Below, one piece after another: positions 37,135-49,724 of a DNA stretch of 64,000 nucleotides. The translations under genes were made by a program, and so were the position numbers. This DNA is from Amphiscolops sp. MND2022 (Eukaryota): positions 51,274,001-51,338,000 of the forward strand of contig OZ076414.1 in NCBI GenBank assembly GCA_964187785.1, in the 5' to 3' direction. Positions within the stretch are counted from its first letter, which is position 1. Each line of letters begins with the position of its first letter. The notes beneath the pieces were generated by a model. The model had not been told where the DNA came from. It ran no database searches and saw nothing but the letters and a program-made list of their open reading frames with translations.

Positions 37135-38488
37135 TTTCAAAAACAAGAGGTCAAAAACTTTCTGAAAAGTGTTCACTTGGGAATACAATACACGAAACCG
37201 AGGAGAGCACGGAAACCGTGAGAATAATGGATGAGCTAAATACGCTAAATTCAACATCAAAAAGGTTGGACCGGTTGGCTTCTTCAAATCAAAGAACTGA
37301 AATCGAAGTTAAATCATGATTTAAATCAAGCAGCCTTTCGTTACTCTGATGAGTGTCAAAAGCATTCGTCATTCAGGGACACAAAAAGACGCAAATTTTC
37401 TCTTTTGAACATCTCGCAAAGGATCAAAAACAGAAATTATAAAAAATTTTGGCAGCAACTGCTCTCCCTGATAAAAGCGAAATTCAAAACACCAAAAAAG
37501 ATGATTGATTCAATAACGTGTGACACTGAAGACGCAATTGGAATTGAGACTAGCGCATTAATTCGCTAATCGCTGATATCACTTGTTGCATGAGCGCTTT
37601 TCGCGTATTCCGCTTTTTCTAAGCAACCGCTGATCACTTAACGGCCGCTAATTAAAAAATTCAAGAAATCGATACAATTGAAATTTTTCTTAGATGTGAA
37701 AAAATCATTTGTTTTGGGATGTAGGCGATTTCGTCGGGCAGTCATGACTTCCACTTGCCGAGAAAAGTATTTGTGGTTCTTCAATTATTTTCGGCAATTC
37801 TAATAATTGCCTACTGGAGATAATTATGCTATCGAAAAGTTCGAACTCCGCTAACAGCCGCTAAAATCTCTTATCCGCTACCGCTAAATTTAGGCATCGC
37901 TTCAACTTAGTGATCACGCGGACGCTTTTAGCGGGTCAATTAACCGGTTCAGACTTCGCCCAACAGACAATCCTTTTGTTGAGATTTCATGCCCACTTTC
38001 TTTGAAATAAAGCGAGACTTTATGTATGCTTGGAACAACATTTTGAAAAAAAAACAAGTTTCTTTCATAATTTATTAAACTCAGTGGCAAACTTGAGAAA
38101 CACAGTAACTTCTGTAGAAAAATTCATCTTGCAATATATTGAAATGAAAAAAAAATATCAAAATAAAGATATAAATAGACAATGCAAACTTGATGATTAC
38201 ATCTAGAGCACCAATATACGATACATGCTCTTGCATTTGAAGACGGAGCACTGAGGTAAGGAAACACTGAGACACTGATTAAAGATTCAGCTACAATAGC
38301 TGACACAGGTGTAACAAAGACCCAAGATTCGGGAAAAAAACATTTTCTTCTATCCTTAAATGCCGGAGAATCGTCAATCCGTGTAGCATTTAATTTAATT
38401 TTTAATTTGGTGGAAATAGTTTTTTTAATTAGGTGGAATGCTTGAAAAACTTGGAAGTACTACATTTAGTCACAAGATTGGAATTATC

Positions 38489-39244
38489 ACTATTTCGTTG
38501 TTCATTTTATTCAAAGAAAGGTCTGAGAGACTATCAAGCGCTTCGCCGTTGTATTCGATCATATTGTTATATTGTTGTTCTTTAGGATTGATGATAGGTC
38601 TTACTTAGATACGGACTAGATTGGAATCGTTTGAGTTTTTGATTTTATTGAAGCAATCGAAGAGATTTGATACAAGTTTCCAGAGAAAAAGACTACTTCC
38701 TTCCACTTGCCGTCGAACTGTTACAAGTAAACGATGATCGACTTCATTCCGTAAGGCGTACATTTAGTTGAAAGATATGAAACTACTACCACAGAAATCT
38801 TCCGGGCAAACAATGTAACACGTTACCTCGCGGAACAAACTACTTTTAGCTGCCGCTTTTGTTGTGTTTGAGACACCTTGTCAGTAATTTCAAATCGAAA
38901 ATCTTTGATCGGGTTCAATCTAAAGTTTTATTGAATATTGTCAAACGTTGTTGAAGCGGAGGTCAACACATTCATGTCGTTCACTTCCGTATTATTAGGG
39001 GCAACCTTTTCAGTTAGTGTTCGGGCTATACTCGTTAATTGGCCAATCTGAGGTATGTATCATGTCATTGAAACGACAGTCGATCCTGACTTTCTCGTGG
39101 TTCTTGTAATTGAAAATGCTCCCCAACTATTTCGTTGTTCATTCTATTCAAAGAAATGTCTGAGAGCCTATCAAGAGCTTCGTCATCGTATTCCATCATA
39201 TTGTTATATTGTTGTTCTTTAGGATTGATGATAGGTCTTACTTA
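38489..39244. repeat. Pair of 119-bp direct repeats 637 bp apart
   Basis: 38489-38607 and 39126-39244, ACTATTTCGTTGTTCATT...GATAGGTCTTACTTA, with a few mismatches. Confidence 0.85.
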
Positions 39245-41623
39245 AATAGAGTTTGTGTGTTCTGAGATAAGCTAATGTCCTGGTTGGTGTGGACTTAAGC
39301 TGTGGATTTCGACCTGCACTGTTGGGGCGCTTTCTTTGCAGACAATTGAGAGGATGAGAAGGGTATTAGTTTGATGAAAGCCAGCGATTGAACATCGTTT
39401 TGTTCTACTAGGGTGTGAAGATCATTGATTAGTTCTTCTTCGAATGCGTTGGCCACAGGTTTTAAAATCCATTAAAAAAACCAAATCGTCGAAGGGTGGT
39501 AGGGTTTTGAAGTGAAATGTTTAAACGTGAGAAAAAGGTAGGCGTATTCTTTTGATCAGAAGTGAACAAGAAAAGGGACTAACGCTTCCGGATCTTCTGG
39601 TCTCCGACACCAGATTCAGTATACGAAATTGTATCGCTTCAGTAGTAATCTCCAACACTGACTGGATGTGGTACTGGCCATCGGGCGTGGAGGTGGAACT
39701 GCGAGAGGAGGGGACCACAGTTCACACCGTCACCAATTTGACGTTCCTCCACATGTTGATTTGTTTAATTTTTCTGTGACTTGGCAATAATCAATTTTTT
39801 CTATCGATTCATTTGTCACCAAAATAGAGAAATAGCCAATCAGTTACATAAGGTAAATTACAAAAAAGAATGTCGACGTCGTTTGCGATAAACCATAGAT
39901 AAGTGTCGAAAACACCGGGGAATAGTTGAAAAGACCACTAAAATCTTAGGCTGAGATCACGCTGCATATATTCTTTTGTGTTATTACATAATTTGTGTCA
40001 TTTTCTGCTCGATGACGGTCGCTACATGGTGTTCCTGCTTTGCAGGGACAGCGACATGAATGGGACCTTCATGAGGCCCTGCCACCTGTGGGTTCCTCAA
40101 TCAGGCGAGCCGACCCTGGGCAGATAAACGGGGATTGCTGCTCAGTCAGCAAAAATCAGTTGGACGTAGGCTCATAACCAGTGGCCAGTCGGTTAACTGG
40201 TATGAGAAAGAAGAGAAGAAATACGAGACGTAAAGACGGTGGCAGGGTACTGGAGGTGGGAATATTGGCTGGCGAGGATGGAAAGTCCAGGTTTGTTTGG
40301 TCTAAAAACCTCATTTTAAGTGATGGTGTTTTAACACGCTTGGCCTATTTCTAACGTTAGATTTGTTTCAAATGCTAATAACATGTCACTAATGGATCTC
40401 TACAACAATATGCCGAAAACTTGAACTAAGGCATGTTACTAATGGACCCCTACAACAACATGCCGGAAACTTGGAACTAAGTAAAAATACAGAAGCAAGC
40501 GAAAAATAAATCCAACTACCACAGATACTTGAGGTCAAAAAATCGTGTTTTTTGGGTAATTTCAAACAAATGTAGTTTTAAACACATGTTATCGATTTTG
40601 TGGATCCGGTCCACCCCTAACTTGCAGGTTAGAAATGAGCCATCACTGATCATCACCAATCATCATTGATCTTTCAATACTTGTTTGTACTCAAAGGTGA
40701 ACTTCTAGTTCTTTTTGTATCTACTGCTTCTGTGTTATTTCATGTTACCTTTTTAGAAGTCACACTCGAGACTCCTGAACAAAAGGCACAAGAACAAGAA
40801 GAACAGGAACAGCAACAAGATCAACAACAGCAACCTCCAGGGGACATCTTGCAGGAGTAAGAAATCGAGTGGGCATTGGACCTGTTGTCCCGATTTTTAG
40901 ATGGAAAGAACAAAAGGCAGGGGAGCACTTTTTTCAATGACGTCAAGAAAGTGATAGGCCGAAAATCACATGGCCCGAAAGTCCTGACACACAGGATCGG
41001 TCAGTTTTTGACCCGAATCCATTTACATGTTTCTATAATAAATTGAATAAAAAATCGGTAGTGTAGTGACTAAATTGATAGCCGACTGAATGTTGAACAT
41101 CGTACATCAAACATAGTTAACAGTAGTTTCAGTGTTGTTCCTCCCTGCCAATGTTTTGACTTTCCTTCTTTTGACAATTCTTTTTAGTGCCCTAGAGGAA
41201 CGCTGTAACAGCTGCAGAAAGAAAGGTGGATGTCTAGCGGCCTCGTGGGTCAGTCATCTGACAAATTTGTTCGAGAGTGAAATCAGACATCCGGCGGTGA
41301 ATCGGCCTGCAAAGTTTCAAATTCTGCAGGCCGTTTTCAAACGAGCGTGTAGAGGTTTGCGCTTGCAGTGTACCACAGAAGCCGGCATAATCACCACCAG
41401 GTACATAGTCAAAAATTAATGCGTTCAGTTCACATACGTTTTTATCTTTTGTATTTGATAAGGGTCTTTCCAATTGATTCCCCTCCAAAATTGAGTACTT
41501 CTCGTGTGAACCACTGCAGTATTCTGAGACTAACTTAAAGGTTTATCACAAGCGGTTTTTTTAATTATCATACATAATCATACTGTGTTTGAAATACTGA
41601 AGTTTGAAATAACACTTTAAACA

Positions 41624-41697
41624 GGCTAGTGTGGTATAGTGGTAGAGTACCTGCCGTGCGTGCAGAAAATCAGATGTTCGAACTCCCATATGTTCAC
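41624..41697 (+). tRNA. Degenerate tRNA-Ala(UGC)-like sequence (pseudogene or SINE head)
   Basis: A box TGGTATAGTGG, anticodon arm CTGC-CGTGCGT-GCAG and B box GTTCGAACTCC; the acceptor stem does not pair. Confidence 0.45.
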
Positions 41698-42760
41698 TTT
41701 TTTGCATTATGTTACATTCCAGAGTTTTCATTCATACCTGAATTGAAAAGACCCCCTTTGATAATTCAATGTGAGATTAGATTGATCAGAATCCCATTCA
41801 TACGTGTAATATCGGCAATAAGAGACTCCCAACAAATTGGTACTGTATTGTGCTACAACGGATTTTCCTTCCAAAGGATTGGATCACAGTTTACCCTTTA
41901 TTTATCTGTGTTTAAAGTTGTGCTGATTTACCGTGTAGCGTGTTTGAATGCTGCAGAATTCAATCCTGAAATTGCGTGAAATCGAAAGTAGACGTTCCCC
42001 AAACGCTTCATTTACTGCTCTATACTTATACTATACCCTCTGTCTTGTTCGCCCGTTTCTTCCTCGTGAACTAAATTTGGACCTAATGAGCAACGAAACG
42101 AGCTAATTGGACCTATAGAGCAACATGGACATGAGAATTCGTGGAGGAGAAAAAACTAATGAACACATTTGCAAAGAGTGAGATTGATTCATACGGATTG
42201 ATTCGGTTGATGACGACGACGATGATATTGTTGATGGAATGTATGAAGGTGCCGCTGTATCCTTCAACTTAGTATCTACGCAAGATACTTGCAAAGGTGT
42301 TCGTATGTTCGAAATCTTCTTCAGAACAGAGAACCATACAAAAATTTTCCTTGGAGAAAGTAGGCTGTATTGATCTGGAAGCGTTCACTCCAATTTCGCC
42401 GGGCCTCCGTCACATGTGGAACGTTTCTGAACGTTTTGATTGAAAATGATCCTGTGAAACTTCTACATTCTGAGGTAATGGATCAACTTGATGTCTGGTT
42501 CCGCGGTGGTAACAACAGTGCAGTTGTAGAATCCATCCTGGCGATTGATCTGGACCAAGGGACTTTACGCTTCAGTTGCCACAACAGGACGTACGACTAC
42601 GTGCTGCCGATTGCATCTGATAAGTGATATACGGTGAACATTCAATAAGGCAAGGCTTCCGATGCTTTGATGGTGCTGGAAAATTACAACCATCCAAAAA
42701 CCTCGAAAGAGTAGTATACGAATTGCTGATCCTGATATAACCAGTCAATAAATTAAGCAT

Positions 42761-43517
42761 TTGTCTGTGGTTGTTATCATAACTGGTTTCTCTGATTTAT
42801 GAGTTCCTTCTGGGTATTCCTTGTTTGTAAACCCTAAAAGGGTGTTAAGTTCAAGAATTAAAATGTATATTAGAAGTTGTTTAAACGGATTTCATTGTTA
42901 GTGTATCTGCTTGTATGTTGGGTTCAAAATCGAAATCAGAAAGTGTTTGCTTGATGGTATTATTTATATCAACTAATTCATATACTCCTGGTGTTAACTC
43001 AATTTCAAAGAAATCATTTTCAATTCCAAATGCAGGAATATTTATATCATCTTTACGCGAAGCGCCTTCGGTGTCCTTGTTAATTCGATCAAATATTTTC
43101 TTTATCAAAATCTTTTTTGGTAAGTTTCTCATTTTTAGAATAACTATCAACTATAAAATTATCAACTTTTTCTATATCAGAGATTTTATATGAATACTCA
43201 ACATTCATTACCAATTGAGTGTCGATGTTTAATGATTTGAGTTGTTCGTCTTTCAGAAGAATTGTAAGTTTATTGTTGATGGTAGTTATATTATAAACTG
43301 TATTATGTACTTCTAAACTTCTTACTCCCATCATCCATTGTTCTGGCAGCTAGAAGAGAACATCGAATGAAAAAGATTCTTTTTGTTTAGTCATTTTAAA
43401 CTCTAGAGTTTCCTGAGGTTTGGATAAGGTATTTTCAACAATATTCAAATTAGATTTCGCAATACTCAACAAAAGAGATTCTTTTTTATCATAAGTTACA
43501 AAATTTGATAGATCCAC
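42761..43517 (-). pseudogene. Minor capsid (penton)-like protein remnant
   Basis: KPQETLEFKM...GVRSLEVHNTVYNIT..NNKL; ELTPGVYELVDINN; LLGFTNKEYPEGTHKSEKPV. Truncated at 42761. Family call from motif memory. Confidence 0.6.
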
Positions 43518-43712
43518 TTATTAAGAAAAAAATTGTAAACGTATATTTAAATTTTATGAAACTGTTTAAATCCACTAGCGGATATGTTGTTCATAAATTC
43601 TTGCCTCTCTTTTGATAATTTTTTACTTTTTGAATGGTTTTAATTTTGATTGGATTGTTCAGAGATAATTTTATATTGAGCTGAAAAACTTACCTTTTTT
43701 CATTTATTGAAA

Positions 43713-44105
43713 TTAAAAGTCTGATAGTATAAATTTAATACTGCATTTTTGAAGCCTATTTGTGAGATATAACACATACAAACAATACGCTGCACAATAA
43801 CTATCATTTTTCTGAAATTGATATTCCGAATAAAGACCATTTTATATTTGTTTCATTATGTTTACTGGAGGTGGACAGCCATATGAATAAAAAAACTTAT
43901 CAGAAAACATAACCCAATGTGTTCCTTTAGTTGGATGTAAGTTAACTATTCCTGCCGTAGTTGTAAACTTATCATCTCTCATGTATATTCGACAAGAATC
44001 ATGAATATCTAATTCATTACGTAATTCTTTCATTTTTACATTAGAAGTTGCATCATTTTATAGTCCGTAATTTTCAACAAATTCTTTGAATGATAAATAA
44101 TTCAT
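43713..44105 (-). pseudogene. Adenain-like (C5) cysteine protease remnant
   Basis: GIVNLHPTKGTHWV (catalytic His), YSYGCPPP, YQFQKNDSYCAAYCLY (Gln and catalytic Cys); two in-frame TAA codons. Confidence 0.85.
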
Positions 44106-44779
44106 TTAATAGTTTTCTTCATCGATTTCAATTTTTTTATTATTGTTTAAATGGAAAACCTCCAATTTTTACACATGTTTTGATAGGTATTTATTGCTGG
44201 GTTGACTGTACAAAAAACCCTTTGAAACAAAATGTGTGTAACTTTTGAATATCTACAACTTTTGTTTCTGATGTTTTTCTCATTATCTTTTCCCATGTAA
44301 TAAGATTAGGTATAAAAACTGATACTGAATTCAGTATTGAAAATAATACTGGACTGTTTGTGTCTGGTATTAGAAAACAATAGACATCTCTGTCTGGTAT
44401 TAGAAAATACTAGACAGCTCTAACAGGTATTTTTTCTTTGAAGTGAGTTTTCCAAGATATTTTAATATCTATGAAGTGAATGGTGGTTACTTTTCCAACA
44501 CTTGTGTTCCCACTTGAACGCATTCGGTAATTATTCATTTTCAATTTTTGTATTACACAGCAACGCTGGCTTCACATCTTTAGATGCATTACACATTACA
44601 CCATAGAGGTTTTGTTCCTTCATGGCAAATTTTTTCAATACGCAAGGCGCCTTCGGTTAAAATTTTTGTTCAGTGATTTTTTTGCTTTCAATTTTTAGTA
44701 ATGAAAAAACGGTAATTTTAGATGATTTGCCTCGAAAATATGCTTAATTTATTGACTGGTTATATCAGGATCAGCAATT

Positions 44780-44915
44780 CTTATACAGTTAGAAAAAGTA
44801 GGCGGTAACGCTAATCCTATGCTTAGTGAACAAATCATAGCAATTGTTGATAAACTCCTGGAATATGAATGTATTACAACAAATCAACATCAAAATATCG
44901 CAAGCTCCTTCAGTA
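44780..44915 (+). pseudogene. Small ORF remnant typical of Polinton-like elements
   Basis: LIQLEKVGGNANPMLSEQIIAIVDKLLEYECITTNQHQNI; resembles short xxAGN..EI.AI.DKLLEY proteins of such elements (from memory). Confidence 0.45.
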
Positions 44916-44986
44916 AGAAAGGATCAGTTTGTGGATTAAAGATCTGGTATTGCGGATTAGATTCATTACAAATCCTATATATTTTT

Positions 44987-45520
44987 TTACCAATCTTCTA
45001 ACCTATTTATTTCTAAATAATTATACTTCTCTCCCCATGCTTCTCTGCATAATTCTTTGAATTCATCATAAGACATATCAAGCCCAGCTATGTCTCTGTA
45101 TATATGTTCTACATCTTTCAAGGTTCGTTGAAAAAAAATATTATATTCGAATTGTTTCTAAATGTTCTTTTAGGTAAATCAAAATATGACTGTGATAAAT
45201 AATAAACTTCTAAATTATAATATCTTCTTCTAGTAAAAAATGCGTCTATTAGTTTTTGATTACCATCCAACATATCATCAAATACAACACAACAGTTTTG
45301 AAAATCTTGTATTGTTCCATCTTCTAGATCTTCTTCCACTGAAATGTCTTCTAATTCTGTATTTGTATAATGTTCCGGAGATCTAGTTATTATTTTTATT
45401 TATTTTTCACTATCACACAATCGAATTAATTGTAATTTGTTTAATAACGAATGAGTCTTACCACAAAATGATGGACCAACTATTAATGTTCTATTATACA
45501 GCAAAGCACCTTCGGTATTA
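44987..45520 (-). pseudogene. A32/FtsK-like DNA packaging ATPase remnant
   Basis: Walker A RTLIVGPSFCGKT (~45450-45490), Walker B CVVFDDML, FFTRRRYYNLEVYYLSQSYFDLPK..RNNSN; one TAA and one homopolymer frameshift. Confidence 0.9.
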
Positions 45521-45659
45521 TTATAATTATCATTATTTAAAATATTTTCATTATAATTATTTATAATAATTTCATTACTATTATTTATAATAATTTCAAA
45601 AATTATTATAATCGGTATTATAAATATTTATAAATTTATTATCATTTTAATGCAGCTTC

Positions 45660-45894
45660 TTGATAAGGCATCTCTCGATATGTTTTGATGAATATGTTCT
45701 ATTGAATTCCGTACTACAAAATTCATATTTTACTTTTTTTTATCGAAACATTCTATACACGGACTATATATTTTATCGTTTTTATACTTATAAAAATCTG
45801 TTTTCAATATCTTACAGTCCTTACATAATTTTTTATTACTACAATCATTGCAAATTGAAGTTTCACTATTTTTATCACAAATTAAACACTTCAT
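45660..45894 (-). pseudogene. Cys-rich putative zinc-binding viral protein remnant
   Basis: MKCLIC....ICNDCSNKKLCKDC....SPCIECFDKK, followed by a frameshift. Confidence 0.5.
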
Positions 45895-46246
45895 CTATTT
45901 AGTAAAGAAAATCACGAAGTCACTAAGCAAATTCACTATCAGTTTATCTTCTCAAGTTTAGAAAATAAGTGAAAATTTATGCTCTTAGTGAATTTGCTTA
46001 GAGACTTTACTAAGAAAAGCAGTAAGAAATCAAATCCAATATTTTACTGTCTTTCGGTGTAATTAATTGCCTGATCAAGTATAAATTTCTTAAAGTCCTC
46101 TTTAGCTGTGTTTGGAATCAGTGGTTGTTGCATCCTTTCTATTTGATTATCTATTTTGGATTCATACACTTTTATTTTATTTTGTTTACAATACTCCACA
46201 TAATAAAAAGCTATATTATAAGGTGTTAATTCAATTGTCTGGTCAG

Positions 46247-48102
46247 TTGTTGGGCAGTTACACTTGGATTTGAAAACTTTCATAGCTTGGCCGACTTTTA
46301 GTACAACTAGGATTAATATCTCAATTTCCAGCCTCAAAACGTTCTTACCTCGACTGGCCACGTCAGTAGCTAGAAGAACTCGAACTTCGCTGTCTCTGAA
46401 GGCGTCGATTGCATCTTCACGTGCACATTGTTCACGCCCACCGTGAATTGATTCCACAGGCATGCCATCAATGGCACATTTACTGGCTAGTTGGTCCACA
46501 ACAAGTTTTTTGCCGATAAAAACGATCATTTTGTCATCGGGTTTCATCTGTTCGATCATTTCGTACAGCAAAGCATTTTTTCATCATCTTCCGCAAAGAT
46601 GATTTGTTGAGTCACTGAATAAGAACGAGGATGTAAAAACGATCATTTTATATTTTACAAAGAATTCACCATGCATTCATGATTTAAGCTGACAACTGGA
46701 GGCAAAATGCTTTTGCACACGACCGAGGGACATGCGTTCTTGACAATTCACAGCTTGCCACAATTCAAGCTTGTTCTAAAAATTTCTTTTCGAAGAGGTC
46801 TGTCTGTGTTTCTACGACGATAGTTCCTCTGAAATTTGGGAGATCACCTGATAAATAAAAATTCGCAATACTGGTTCACTTGATTGAATGCTACAATGAA
46901 AACTTTCTTTGGATCTCGTTCATCATGCCCCCCCCCCCTATATCACTGGTTACACTATCTCCCCCTTAGAGAGAAAGAATGTTTGTGGTTCATTTATATT
47001 TATCTCCTATTGGCTAATTTCTCCTGCTATTCTGTCAATCAATTGATCTCGTCATAACTATCGACTTTTTATTGGCTCTTATGAAAATCCCCACTCAGCC
47101 AATCAGAAGCGTTGTTAACTAAGAGCAGATCTGCGCTATTAGAATGTGCAATACGTGTATTTAACAGTGTTTCACTTAGTCCAACCCTTTTTTGCTGTAG
47201 GATAGGGGCATAGTGAAAGAGATCCCTTTCTTTTCGCTTAAGATAATTCCGAAAAATTGATTAGAACAAATCTGAGAAAAACCATGAAGTCATCCAAAAG
47301 TGAAATTTGTCCCAACTTTTCAATATTCATTCCTCGAAAATGCAACAAAACCTCGAACATTGGCTCCACTCAAATCAATCTGAATTAGTTTAGAATGATA
47401 ACAACACCGAGAAAATAAGTAAAATTAGAGAAAAATCGGACCATGTGTTCAATTCCTCCCAGGTACACCTTTTTGCGAATTCAAAACATGAAAGCACATT
47501 TCGTTCTTGAACAAAAATATTTCACTAATAAGAGAATATTATAGGAATGTAAATACTTAGAGGATTGTCTATACAACTGTTTTCACACTTCAGGCAAAAA
47601 ATCACCCTTATTTTTGACATTATTGTCCAAAATAGTAGAAATTCACGCTTGGAACAAGCTAAAATCGTATAAATTGGCCATTATTTCAAAGCAAATTTTC
47701 TCCGTGATATAATCTAATGAGCAACTTTGAACTGACAGTTAATGTAATAGATTGGATAATGTCGACATCAATTATTTTATTGGACCAAAATTTCAACGCA
47801 AACGATGTCGACATAATGGTATTTAAACCTTGTGCCTTATTTCACCCTGTGGGGGGGGGTTAGCAATACGACACATTGTCCGAAAAATCGATTAGATAAT
47901 TCTACAACTGCAGTTTTCCGGGCAAAATACCTCAAGAGAAAGAAAGCAAAAATGTGCGAAATGTTAAATGGAATGGTTCTACATATCGAAAACTTTTGAT
48001 TCAACTTTATTTGAAAGGAATTCAGTGAAACAAATCTGAGAAAATCCAACTTCAATTCGTCAAAAAATCGTCTCCTTTCAAATATGTCAAGAAGTAATCT
48101 TT
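46247..48102 (-). pseudogene. DDX43: Segmental duplicate of DDX43 exon 4 with flanking intron sequence
   Basis: Aligns to ~27597-29213. Includes exon 4 (about 46348-46614), the same MITE, and an extra ~260 bp at about 47335-47595. Confidence 0.93.
46911..47225. mobile_element. Duplicated copy of the intron-3 MITE
   Basis: Same TIRs; TSD here is a perfect CTTTCTTT on both sides. Confidence 0.85.
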
Positions 48103-48120
48103 AGTAGTGCGTTGTTACAT

Positions 48121-48777
48121 ATGAGTAACAAATCGACGGGGGGGGTTAGTTAGCAAAATAAAATTTCATTTTCATGAACTAAAGACTTCAACAAAGACTA
48201 AAATTCAGCAAAACAAAAACTATGAGTCCTCCTGTGTTGAAAAGTGGAAGCCCAAGACTCTCGCGGGTCGTATTGTTAAACCTGGCGACGTCACAAACAT
48301 CAAGCAACTGAGACGACTGAAATTGGAAATCAGGGAGCCGGAAACAGTATAGACACTGCTACCTGACCTTAAAGAAGAAGTGTTAAAGGTTACAAACATC
48401 GGACAGGGCCAGTATCAACGAGAGGCCTTCGTCATTGTAGGAGACGGTCAGGGATTGATAGGCCTTGGGAAGCGTTGTAGTTCCAACGACCGCGAGGCCA
48501 TCGTCGGCGCGAAACGGAACGCTCGATTGTCATTGTTTCAAATAAAGTTCCGCAGAACAAAACGGTACCCAAGGTCGTGACCGGAAACTTTGCGAACGTC
48601 ACAGTGAAGCTGGAGCCCTTTGTTAAAGTCATTCTGGCACAACCGATGATAGTCCGCATACTAGAGATGGCGGGCTTCGAGGCTGCGCTACAAACGGGGA
48701 ACTGTGAAAAAGGAACTGGATCACTAATCGAGGCTGTTTTTGATGCGTTGAACAAACTTGTTAGTTCATTAGTTTGA
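48121..48777 (+). pseudogene. RPS2: Divergent uS5/RPS2 paralog, copy 1 (has ATG exon and 64-nt intron; disrupted)
   Basis: Exon 48121-48144, intron GTTAGT..TTCAG 48145-48208, then QNKNYESSCVEKWKPKTLAGR; TAG at 48350 and a 1-nt deletion near 48545. Confidence 0.8.
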
Positions 48778-49724
48778 CATTTTGTTTTCATTTATGAATT
48801 CAATTTCAACCTGCACTTATCATTTTCTTGTGATAAATAGCTAGTTGAATGGATTCGTCCAACATGCGATAACTTGTTCCTTGGGTTCTCTTCCAAACAT
48901 GTTGTGTTGTGGATAATGAAACATCCGGCATGGACTTACTACGCCATAGTGCCAGGTGGTCCAGGGCGGCATTGATGAAACCTTGTCAACATGTTTGAGA
49001 CTTGTTTCTTGTTAAATTCCTCTTTACAAATCGAGTTTAGATACTCAAAGTTTCGTTTCCATACACGCTAGGTACATTTTACGGATATGGGGCCGCATTC
49101 AGGCCTGCGGGGGCAGCATTAAAGACCAGAATTTTGCTTTTATAGCCAAGCATTTTCCATATACAAATCTGTGTGCCATGCACGCCTAGCGGGCTATCAT
49201 CATGGTCGAAGATGTTCAACTGGCCAGAAGATCCGAATTTTTGTAGATTCGAAGTTTTTTGTTTTTTTTCTGAGTGAAATCACAAAACATGGCTGAATAA
49301 GCCGTCTCATTTCAATTTGAATTCTTGATAAATCTTCAATTCATGAATTGATAAATCTTCATACTCGATCTCTCCTCCAAAGTCCAAATTGATATGAACT
49401 ATTGAGAAATTGAGCGATCAGTTTCTAGTGATAGAGTGTTCAATTTTGAGTCAAAACCAGCGGTCAATGAGAAATCGAACAGTCGCTCCTCAAAATCAGA
49501 GGGAGTTATATTGAGAGTGAAAATTTTGAACTTAATAGGTATATGAATAATTTAAGAATCACCAAAAAGTGAAGGATCATTCCAGTAGGTTTGATACTGA
49601 CAAATGAGATAAATTATCTGCAAAAATGTGAAAAATCAAGTCTATCATTGGAACATTCCAATTTGATTGAAAACGAATTCCAGTGATGGGTTTGGAGTTG
49701 GGTGCCAAAACTGAGTAAATTGTT

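Larger units (their letters stand above)
42714..46246 (-). mobile_element. Degraded Polinton/Maverick-like (adintovirus-like) endogenous viral fragment
   Basis: Very AT-rich block with remnants of a penton-like protein, an adenain-like protease, an A32-like ATPase and small ORFs, all with stops. No polB, integrase, major capsid or TIR seen. Confidence 0.85.

Noticed and set aside
42200-42700. Possible reverse-transcriptase or Penelope remnant in the diverged repeat
   Set aside because: Only fragmentary motif-like words in different frames and no catalytic motif.
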